DNA of 64,000 nucleotides. Source: Vicinamibacterales bacterium (GTDB lineage Bacteria > Acidobacteriota > Vicinamibacteria > Vicinamibacterales > UBA8438). Both the position numbers and the translations under genes were made by a program. The stretch spans positions 775,741-839,740 of the forward strand of contig OZ241978.1 of assembly GCA_965204175.1 (NCBI GenBank), written 5' to 3'. Shown here in pieces: positions 25,575-32,736 of the stretch (the stretch's first letter is position 1; each line of letters opens with the position of its first letter). The notes beneath the pieces are model-generated. The model saw only the letters and a program-made list of their open reading frames with translations, was not told the DNA's origin and did not search any database.

Positions 25575-26696
25575 TTATCGCGGGTGGCGCTGCACGTATG
25601 CGGCAAGGGACGGGATGCCCGCCCGCCAGTCGTCCCCGCTCTGGGTCAGGAAGCCGTTGCCGACGATGATTCCCCGCGCCACGGCGGCGTCGTCGGCTGG
25701 GATGCCGGCCTGATCCAGAGCCCGGTTCAAGTCGGCGGTGCTGAGGGCGGCGCCGGGCGCGTCGATCTGGGCCGCAATGGTCTGCACGGCGGCCAGCATG
25801 GCGTCGCGGGGGATGCCGTCGCGCCGCGCCGCGTGCTCGAATTCATCGTAACGGTGGCTGTAGAAGTCGGCGCGCACGGCGTCCACGCGCAACCGGGCTG
25901 CCGCCAGGGATTCTCGATCGACCGTTTGCCGACCGCATCCGGCGTCCCACAGGGCCTGACCCCACAGCTGCAGGAACCACGGATAGCCGAGGCTGTCGGC
26001 GGCGGCGGCGTCCAGAACCGCGTCGTCCCGCCGCCAGCCCCGCCAGTTCGGCGCTTCCAGGGCCTCGCGCGAGGCGGCCGGCGAAAGCAGCCCCGGCACG
26101 ATGAGCGGGGCGCGTTCGACGAACGAGGCGTTCACGGCGTCGGAGAGCAGAAACGGCCTGAGTCCGGGCGTGCCGGCCAGCAACAGGGTGACCGGCGCGT
26201 TGCCGCCGGCGCCGCACGCCTGCGCGGCGTTCAGCAGCACGTGCGCGACGTCGGCCGGAAGGGTATGCGCCTCGTCGATGACCAGCAGCCGGGGCTCTCG
26301 ACGATTCCGTAACCGGGCGTTGATTCTCTGCTTCCACCAGGACAGGTCCGGGGCGCGCCGTTCCACGCGCAGGGCGCCGATGGTGGCCTTGGAGATGTCC
26401 AGCATGAGCCGGTCGACGGGGTTCGCCAGCGCGCGGGCAAGACACGGCAGATCGGACAGATCGGCGCCGGTCATCCAATGGACCGTTGCGGGGCCCGTCT
26501 GCTGCAGATCACGCAGCAACACCGTCTTGCCCATCCCGCGCGGCGCCTGCAGCAGATGGATGGGACCCGCGCACCGGGCGTGGAGATCCTCCAGGATGCC
26601 CCGCAGCATGCGGCGCTCCACTTCGCGGCCGGCGAGCACCGGCGGCCGGGTTCCCGGTCCGGGGGCGAACGGATTGCGCGGTGCGGCGGACGCCAT
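25575..26696 (-). CDS. P-loop ATPase (AAA_16/ORC-Cdc6-like)
   Basis: NPFAPGPGTRPPVLAGREVERRMLRGILEDL.. followed by Walker A APRGMGKT and Walker B RLLVIDEAH. ATG at 26696, with an alternative TTG at 26714. Confidence 0.75.
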   Translation of the reverse strand: MASAAPRNPFAPGPGTRPPVLAGREVERRMLRGILEDLHARCAGPIHLLQAPRGMGKTVLLRDLQQTGPATVHWMTGADLSDLPCLARALANPVDRLMLDISKATIGALRVERRAPDLSWWKQRINARLRNRREPRLLVIDEAHTLPADVAHVLLNAAQACGAGGNAPVTLLLAGTPGLRPFLLSDAVNASFVERAPLIVPGLLSPAASREALEAPNWRGWRRDDAVLDAAAADSLGYPWFLQLWGQALWDAGCGRQTVDRESLAAARLRVDAVRADFYSHRYDEFEHAARRDGIPRDAMLAAVQTIAAQIDAPGAALSTADLNRALDQAGIPADDAAVARGIIVGNGFLTQSGDDWRAGIPSLAAYVQRHPR

Positions 26697-27023
26697 CGGG
26701 GCAACCTTGTTCAACGTCGATGGTATGAATCCGCCGTGTCGACGTCAACGCGGTCGGCGCCGCCGGCCGATCCGACCGGTTCGATCATCGTGACAAGAAC
26801 CGTAGTTGATCCGGGGGCGGGAACTTCAGAACCGGCCCGGAATGACCTCCCGCACGTTGCCCGGCGAGGCCCCGTATTTGCTTGGCGCAGAAACGCTGGG
26901 AGCCGATACCTTGTCCACGTACCGGGGCGGCCGCCGGTGTTGGGATATGCTCTGCACGACACGGGACGGGGGCCTGCGTGCAGACCGGACACGAGACGTG
27001 GGTGTTTCGAAGGCGGGGAATTG

Positions 27024-27299
27024 GTGACTGATCTGGAACAGGCCTTCGACGACGTCGAGAGCGCCGCCGCCTCGACGCTCGAGTCGGCGGCCGGTCTCGT
27101 CAAGCAGGCCCGGAGCCTGCAGAAGGCGGCCCGCGAAGGAAACATCGTTCGCTTGAAGCGGGCCCGGGCGGATCTCGACTCGTCCCTGAGCGGGCTCCGG
27201 CAGGCAGTTGCGAATGCCGTCGCATCGTGGGTTTTCCGGACGAAGAGCAGGAGGCGCGATACCTTGAGGAGCGGTACTCGGACGAGCTCCGGTCCGTAG
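27024..27299 (+). CDS. Cassette gene A, N-terminal coiled-coil part (frame 0), probably continuous with 27227..27829 across a frame break
   Basis: VTDLEQAFDDVESAAASTLESAAGLVKQARSLQKAAREGNIVRLKRARADLDSSLSGLRQAVANAVASW is coding-like. The following 23 codons (VFRTKSRRRDTLRSGTRTSSGP) are not. Start is GTG 27024 or TTG 27021. Confidence 0.45.
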   Translation: MTDLEQAFDDVESAAASTLESAAGLVKQARSLQKAAREGNIVRLKRARADLDSSLSGLRQAVANAVASWVFRTKSRRRDTLRSGTRTSSGP

Positions 27300-27829
27300 C
27301 CGCCGGGAAGGGCCTGGAAATACACGAGCGGGACGGCAGGCTGATTTCCCATCCTTCCATCGTGCGCCTGCTGCCGCGCGATCGGGCGGTCAGGATAGAC
27401 GGCAGGAAGGTATCCACCATCCGGCCGTCCTATCTGGCCGATCTGCTGCTGAAGAATCAGAACAAGAGCAGCCGCCACAAGTCCGACGCCTTCCTGGAAT
27501 CGCTGTACGCGGTCTACGCCGACATCGTGCACGGCGAATCCTCGGGCCGCCTCATGGCCGACGACTGGCAGCGAGTCGTGCCCCTGGCCAGAATCTACAA
27601 GCTGCTGACCGCGCTGCCCGGTGCGGGCCGCGACTACGACAGAACGGACTTCGCCAGCGACCTGTACCGCCTGCAGGATGGTGGCCCCACGCGCACGAGG
27701 AAGGGGGCGACCGTCTCCTTTCCGGCTTCTTCCGGCACGCGGCAGGCCAAACGCGATCTGTTCACTTTCGTCGGACCCGACGGCCAGGACGTCGTGTACT
27801 ACGGCATCCGGTTCACGAAGGGCGGCTGA
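27227..27829 (+). CDS. Cassette gene A, C-terminal part (frame -1 relative to 27024 ORF); uncharacterised
   Basis: Coding-like translation starts exactly where the upstream frame degenerates: GFPDEEQEARYLEERYSDELRSVAAGKGLEIHERDGRLISHPSIVRLLP... It ends with TGATG coupling to gene B. Confidence 0.6.
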   Translation: MGFPDEEQEARYLEERYSDELRSVAAGKGLEIHERDGRLISHPSIVRLLPRDRAVRIDGRKVSTIRPSYLADLLLKNQNKSSRHKSDAFLESLYAVYADIVHGESSGRLMADDWQRVVPLARIYKLLTALPGAGRDYDRTDFASDLYRLQDGGPTRTRKGATVSFPASSGTRQAKRDLFTFVGPDGQDVVYYGIRFTKGG

Positions 27830-28803
27830 TGCCGAGCGGGTCGAGCACCATCCCGATCGACGACTGGCTGCGCCACGTCGATGGCGAGTACCTGTCCACG
27901 TTCATCAAGGATGGCGGATCCTCCGTCAAGTTCGCCGTGGTCCCGGACGACGCGCTGCCCGGGTTGTGCGAGGCCGTGGCGGGTCGCTGCGCAGCGCGCG
28001 ATTACGTCTTCGTCTCGCTGGACGCGGCCAGGCTCCGCGTCCACATGCCGCAGGACATCTTCTTCGAGCTGGCTCGGCAGGTGCAATGGCGCCATTTGGC
28101 GCGCCGCGTGATTCTGCGCCTGGCCGCCGAACGGCACTACACGGTGGAAGGCATCGATCCGGGCGGCGGCGGCAACGTCTTCGACGCGATTGCCGGCGCC
28201 AACGACCTCGAGTCGCAGTTTCTGCTCAGCGAAATCAGGCCCGCGATACAGGAGCGCGTCTTCAGGAATCCGAACCTGGCCAGGGATTTTCGCGTGGCCA
28301 TGACCCAACTCTGCCTGCAGGAGGGGAACCGCTTCGACGGCGAGTACGGCGGCCGGCCGTTGCTGGACTGGCTGACCGGCGCCAACACGCGCGTGAGCCC
28401 GGTCCGCCAGTTCTCCATCTATACGGGCATCAACCGCACCACGGGCAGGCACTGCATCGAATCGGCGCTCCACTGGATCCGCCAGGCGGGGCATGCCGGA
28501 ACGGTGATGCTGCTGAACAACCGCCGCGTGACCGTGGCCCGCAATCCCAGGGACGGCCTGCGGTACTACACGCGCGCCATGGCCGTCGATCACTACGAAT
28601 TGCTGCGCGAGTTCGTCGACGACGTCGACCGTCTGGCCGGGACGCTGATGCTGGTGGCGACCGGTCCGGGCTTCGTCGACGATGAGCCGGGCGCGCGTTC
28701 CAGGGGCTTCGGCATCTACGAGGCGCTGAAGACGCGGGTGATGGACGACGTGCGCGACAGGCACCGGGTCAATCCGGTCGCGGCGCTGGTTCGGCTGGCG
28801 TGA
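27829..28803 (+). CDS. Cassette gene B: BrxD/DUF2791-like protein lacking Walker A/B (putative inactive paralogue)
   Basis: Start ATG overlaps the gene A stop by 1 nt. It is co-linear by eye with gene C, but has DGGSSVKFAVVPDD where C has GDFGAGKSHLL, and TVMLLNNRRV where C has WVVLLDELE. Confidence 0.65.
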   Translation: MPSGSSTIPIDDWLRHVDGEYLSTFIKDGGSSVKFAVVPDDALPGLCEAVAGRCAARDYVFVSLDAARLRVHMPQDIFFELARQVQWRHLARRVILRLAAERHYTVEGIDPGGGGNVFDAIAGANDLESQFLLSEIRPAIQERVFRNPNLARDFRVAMTQLCLQEGNRFDGEYGGRPLLDWLTGANTRVSPVRQFSIYTGINRTTGRHCIESALHWIRQAGHAGTVMLLNNRRVTVARNPRDGLRYYTRAMAVDHYELLREFVDDVDRLAGTLMLVATGPGFVDDEPGARSRGFGIYEALKTRVMDDVRDRHRVNPVAALVRLA

Positions 28804-28820
28804 GGAGGTCGGCGGGAGAC

Positions 28821-30146
28821 ATGGCGGTTCACCGGGACGAGAGGCTGGCACGGCGGCGCGCCGTCGAGGCCCTGCGCAGCGGCGTGCCCAACCGGGATGC
28901 GGTGGCGATGCTGGGCTGCAAGCAGCCGCGGGCGGAAGAGGCATTCTCCGCGCTGCTGGCCGGGGCCGGGAATGCCGGCGGCCCGGCGGGCGACGCGCTG
29001 GGGATGCTGGTCTCCGGGGACTTCGGCGCGGGCAAGTCGCACCTGCTGGCGCATCTCGAGCGCCAGGCGCTCGCGCGGAGTTTCGTCTGCAGCAGGGTCG
29101 CGGTCAGCAAGGAGACGCCGCTCTACGACCTCGGGAAGGTGTTCAGGTCCGCGATCGAGAACGGGCGGATGCCGGATCGACAGGGGCGGTTGATCGAGGA
29201 GCTGGGTCTGGTGACGGACTGGCGTTCCCGGGCTGCCGCGGATTTCCTGCAGTGGGCCGATGCCGCCGCCTCCAGCGGCATGCTCAGCCGGATGTTTCCG
29301 GCGAGCCTGCTCCTCTACGGTCGATTGGGCGACATCGAGTTGAACGGCAGGATCGAGTCGTTCTGGGCGGGAGACCGGTTGAAGGTCTCGGAGGTCAAGA
29401 GCGGGTTGGCGTCGATAGGGCAGAAGCAATCCGGTTCCTTCCGGGCGCCCAGAGCCGCGGAGTTGCCGCCGCAGCGCCTGCGCTTCGCCATCGAGCTGAT
29501 CAGGTGCGCCGGCTACAAGGGCTGGGTCGTGCTCCTGGACGAGCTGGAGCTGGTCGGGTCGTATTCCATCCTGCAGCGCGGCCGGTCGTATGCCGAGCTG
29601 GCGCGCTGGATGGGAAAGTCCGTCGAATCGTACCCGGGCCTGGTCGCCGTCGGCACGGTGACCGACGACTTCGCATCGGCCGTCATCAGTCCCGACGGCG
29701 GCAAGAAGGACCGCGACCACGTGGGGCCGCGGCTGGCGAAGAGCCGGTACGCGGGCATCGCCGCCCTGGCCGAGGCGGGCATGCGCCTGCTGGAGCAGTC
29801 GTGCCTGCCGCTGAACGCGCCGGCGGAAGAGGACGTGAACGACACGCTCGACAAGCTGCGGAAGATCTACAGCGAAGCCTACGACTGGGAGGCTCCGCGG
29901 CTGGAGGGCAGGACCGGCGGCGCCGGGGTTCAGGCCCGCATGCGCTACAAGGTCAGGGCCGCGATCAACGAATGGGATCTGCTGCGGATGTACCCCGGTT
30001 CCGCGCCGGATACCGTGGTGGACGAGTTTCGTGCGACGTACGAGGAAGACGCCGACCTGGAGCGGAAGTCCGGGGACGTTGCAGACGCGCCGGGCAGGGG
30101 ACCATTGCGCCTGTTGCAAGAGCTGCGGTCCCGTGCCCGCGGGTGA
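28821..30146 (+). CDS. Cassette gene C: BrxD/DUF2791-like P-loop ATPase (PF10923-type)
   Basis: RRRAVEALRSGVPNRDAVAMLG.. N-terminal helix, Walker A GDFGAGKSHLLAHL, then ..SKETPLYDLGKVFRSAIE.., Walker B WVVLLDELELVG. The alternative GTG start at 28800 overlaps the gene B stop (GTGA). Confidence 0.75.
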   Translation: MAVHRDERLARRRAVEALRSGVPNRDAVAMLGCKQPRAEEAFSALLAGAGNAGGPAGDALGMLVSGDFGAGKSHLLAHLERQALARSFVCSRVAVSKETPLYDLGKVFRSAIENGRMPDRQGRLIEELGLVTDWRSRAAADFLQWADAAASSGMLSRMFPASLLLYGRLGDIELNGRIESFWAGDRLKVSEVKSGLASIGQKQSGSFRAPRAAELPPQRLRFAIELIRCAGYKGWVVLLDELELVGSYSILQRGRSYAELARWMGKSVESYPGLVAVGTVTDDFASAVISPDGGKKDRDHVGPRLAKSRYAGIAALAEAGMRLLEQSCLPLNAPAEEDVNDTLDKLRKIYSEAYDWEAPRLEGRTGGAGVQARMRYKVRAAINEWDLLRMYPGSAPDTVVDEFRATYEEDADLERKSGDVADAPGRGPLRLLQELRSRARG

Positions 30147-30152
30147 GTCGTA

Positions 30153-30869
30153 CTACGGCGTCGCGCGGATCCGCCGCGCGCGCGCTTCCAGCGGTCCGGC
30201 CTCGACGCCCCGGTTGGTGGCCCGCAACAATCCGGCGTATTCCTCCAGGACCTCGGCCAGCCGGACGTTGTCCGGTTCCAGCGCGAGTTCCAGAATTGCC
30301 AGCGAGCGTTCGTAGAGCGGTTCGGCCTCCGCGTGCAGCCCCTGCCGGTAGTAGACGGACGCCAGAGCGGCGAGGTGGACGGCAACGTCGGGATGCGCCC
30401 AGCCGAGCGCCGGCTCCATGATCGCGACGGCCTGCTCGTAGCGCGGCTCCGCCTCGGTGTAGATCCCCTGCTCGGCGTAGAACGCCGCGACCATGGCGAG
30501 ATGGGCCGCCAGGTCGAGGTGGTCGGGGCCGAGCGCCGCTTCGATGACCTCGGTTGCCTGCCGGTAGAGCACCTCGGCCTCCGCGTGGCGGTCTTCCGCG
30601 ACGCAGATCTCCGCCAGGTCGTTCAACGTCATCGCCCGCCGCAGGTCATCGGCGGGAAAGGCCGCAGCGTAGTCGGCCGCCACCAGCAGCAGCTCTTCGG
30701 CTTCGCCGTAGCGGCCGTCCTGGCGGGCGTGGTAGGCGGCCTCCATGTAGTCCTCCCATTGCAGTCCGCCACAGCCGATCACGCCGGAGAGAAGAACGAA
30801 CAGCGCAACGATGGCCGGAGCGCACCGCACCGGGCGCCGTGTGCGCGGGTCGGTGGCCGAATCCCGCAT
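30153..30869 (-). CDS. TPR-repeat lipoprotein (TPR_10/12-like)
   Basis: ATG at 30869 gives MRDSATDPRTRRPVRCAPAIVALFVLLSGVIGC, a lipobox-like signal. Four or more A.LYRQA..I.E.ALGPDHP.VA..L..LA type repeats follow. It converges on gene C with a 6-bp gap. Confidence 0.75.
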   Translation of the reverse strand: MRDSATDPRTRRPVRCAPAIVALFVLLSGVIGCGGLQWEDYMEAAYHARQDGRYGEAEELLLVAADYAAAFPADDLRRAMTLNDLAEICVAEDRHAEAEVLYRQATEVIEAALGPDHLDLAAHLAMVAAFYAEQGIYTEAEPRYEQAVAIMEPALGWAHPDVAVHLAALASVYYRQGLHAEAEPLYERSLAILELALEPDNVRLAEVLEEYAGLLRATNRGVEAGPLEARARRIRATP

Positions 30870-31040
30870 GGCGACGCCGATTATGACATCCGTCACACCA
30901 TGCAAGTGACGCCTTGCACTACCGGGCCGCCCGGCCCTGTCCGTACGATCTTTCGATGCGGCACATGTTATCCGCGAGTCGCCGGACTCGTATCACCGGC
31001 GGCATGATCGCGTGCAATCACGACAGGAGGATCGACAGCG

Positions 31041-31946
31041 ATGTCCGATGAGCCACTCGCCGCGCTTGCAGGGGTGACTCACCGCTACGGCGACGTTGTC
31101 GCCCTCGACGCGCTCGATCTGGAGATCCGGCCGGGTGAAGTGCTGGCCGTGCTCGGGCCCAACGGTGCGGGCAAGACGACCGCGATAGGCCTCCTGCTGG
31201 GCAGTCTGCCGGTGCAGCAGGGCGCCGTGCGCGTGTTCGGGCGGGATCCCGGGGCGCGGCCGGTCCGGATGCGCCGCGGCGCGATGCTGCAGGTATCCGG
31301 TCTTCCCGACACGCTCACCGTCGCCGAAAACCTGGAGCTGTTCTCCAGCTACTATCCGGCGCCGCTGCCGGTGGGGAGGCTGCTCGCCATGGCCGGTCTC
31401 GAGGAGCTCGCCGCGCGCCGTTACGGCCGGTTGTCCGGCGGTCAGAAGCAGCGGGTGATGTTCGCACTGGCGCTGGCCGGCGACCCGGAGCTGGTCTTTC
31501 TCGACGAGCCGACCACCGGGCTCGACGTGGAGGCGCGCCGCAGCCTGTGGAACGAGATCCAGGGGCTGAAGAAGGCGGGTCGCACCGCCGTGCTCACCAC
31601 GCACTACCTGGAGGAGGCGGATGCGCTCGCGGACCGGATCGCGGTCATCCACCGGGGGCGGGTCGTCGCCGAGGGAACGCCGTCGGAGATCAAGTCCCGC
31701 ACCGCGGATCGCCGCATCCGCTGCATCACCGGCGTCGGTCGCGACGACGTGGCGGCCCTGCCGGGCGTGGTCCGGGCGGAGGTCAGCGGCCAGCACCTGG
31801 AGATTTTGACCGCGCGGCCGGAGGACGTGCTGCGGACGCTGCTCGCCGCGGATCCCGACCTGCGCGACCTGCACGTGACGGGGGCCGGACTCGAGGACGC
31901 CTTTCTCACCCTGGTGCGCGACGGTGACCCGCAGGGGGTGTCCTGA
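31041..31946 (+). CDS. ABC transporter ATP-binding protein (ABC-2/CcmA-type)
   Basis: AGGAGGA RBS. Walker A GPNGAGKTT, signature LSGGQKQRV, Walker B LVFLDEPT. Confidence 0.95.
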   Translation: MSDEPLAALAGVTHRYGDVVALDALDLEIRPGEVLAVLGPNGAGKTTAIGLLLGSLPVQQGAVRVFGRDPGARPVRMRRGAMLQVSGLPDTLTVAENLELFSSYYPAPLPVGRLLAMAGLEELAARRYGRLSGGQKQRVMFALALAGDPELVFLDEPTTGLDVEARRSLWNEIQGLKKAGRTAVLTTHYLEEADALADRIAVIHRGRVVAEGTPSEIKSRTADRRIRCITGVGRDDVAALPGVVRAEVSGQHLEILTARPEDVLRTLLAADPDLRDLHVTGAGLEDAFLTLVRDGDPQGVS

Positions 31947-32725
31947 TGACGACGGCCAGCGACGGCGCGCCGCGCCTGGGGCTCGCCCGCCACGCCTGCA
32001 TCTACGTGCTGGAGGCGCGGGCCCAGTTCCTGAGCCTGGCGCGGACGCCGGGGTTCACCATTCCGACGCTGGTGTTCCCAATCATGTTCTACGTCTTCTT
32101 CGGCGTGGTCATGAGCTTCTCGCCGCTGGCGCCGACGTTCCTGCTCGCCACCTATGGGGTCTTCGGGCTGATCGGTCCTTCTCTTTTCGGATTCGGGGTC
32201 GGGTTCGCGACCGAGCGCGACAGCGGCGCCCTGCTCCTGAAGCAGACCACGCCGATGCCTGTCGCGGCGTACCTCCTGGCCCGGGTGGCGGCGGCGTTGC
32301 TCTTCGGCATGGCCATCGTGCTTGGCCTGTTCCTGCTCGGGGCGTTCGCGGCGGAGGTGACGCTGTACCGCTGGCAGTGGTTCGCGCTGGCCGGCGTCGT
32401 GCTGTCGAGCGTGGTTCCGTTCTGCGCGCTCGGCCTGGCGATCGGTGCGTGGGTGAAGGCGCAGTCCGCCGTCGCCATCGTGAACCTGGTCTACCTGCCG
32501 ATGGCTTTCCTGTCCGGCCTGTGGATGCCGATCGCGCTGCTGCCGGCGTTCGTGCAGGATGTGGCCGTCGTCTTTCCCGCCTACCACCAGTCACAGCTTG
32601 CGCTGAAGGTGCTCGGCATGGACCAGGGCGGGTCCATCGGGATCCACGTGCTGGCGATGGGCGTCTTCACGGTGGTCTTTCTCGTCGTCGCCGCCGTCGG
32701 CTTCCGGCGGGTCAGCCGGAGCTAG
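31946..32725 (+). CDS. ABC-2 type transporter permease
   Basis: TGATG coupling to the ATPase. Six hydrophobic spans. Confidence 0.8.
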   Translation: MTTASDGAPRLGLARHACIYVLEARAQFLSLARTPGFTIPTLVFPIMFYVFFGVVMSFSPLAPTFLLATYGVFGLIGPSLFGFGVGFATERDSGALLLKQTTPMPVAAYLLARVAAALLFGMAIVLGLFLLGAFAAEVTLYRWQWFALAGVVLSSVVPFCALGLAIGAWVKAQSAVAIVNLVYLPMAFLSGLWMPIALLPAFVQDVAVVFPAYHQSQLALKVLGMDQGGSIGIHVLAMGVFTVVFLVVAAVGFRRVSRS

Positions 32726-32736
32726 GAGCGGAGCAG

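Noticed and set aside
26715-27020. Possible structured ncRNA or small gene in the 300-bp region upstream of cassette gene A (e.g. the CTGCACG..CGTGCAG stem at ~26958-26989, and track ORF 26806..27027)
   Set aside because: There is only one short 7-bp stem with a long loop. The ORF translation is not protein-like. I cannot support an RNA gene without covariance or expression data, so the region is left as promoter space.
27228-27236. Canonical -1 programmed frameshift heptamer (X XXY YYZ) at the gene A frame break
   Set aside because: In the zero frame the codons are UGG GUU UUC, which does not fit X XXY YYZ. I also could not find a convincing downstream pseudoknot or stem. Only single-tRNA slippage or an indel remains plausible.
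28716-30119. 467-aa minus-strand ORF opposite cassette gene C
   Set aside because: Gene C has clean Walker A/B motifs and BrxD-like layout. The antisense translation is low-complexity (R/P/G/Q).
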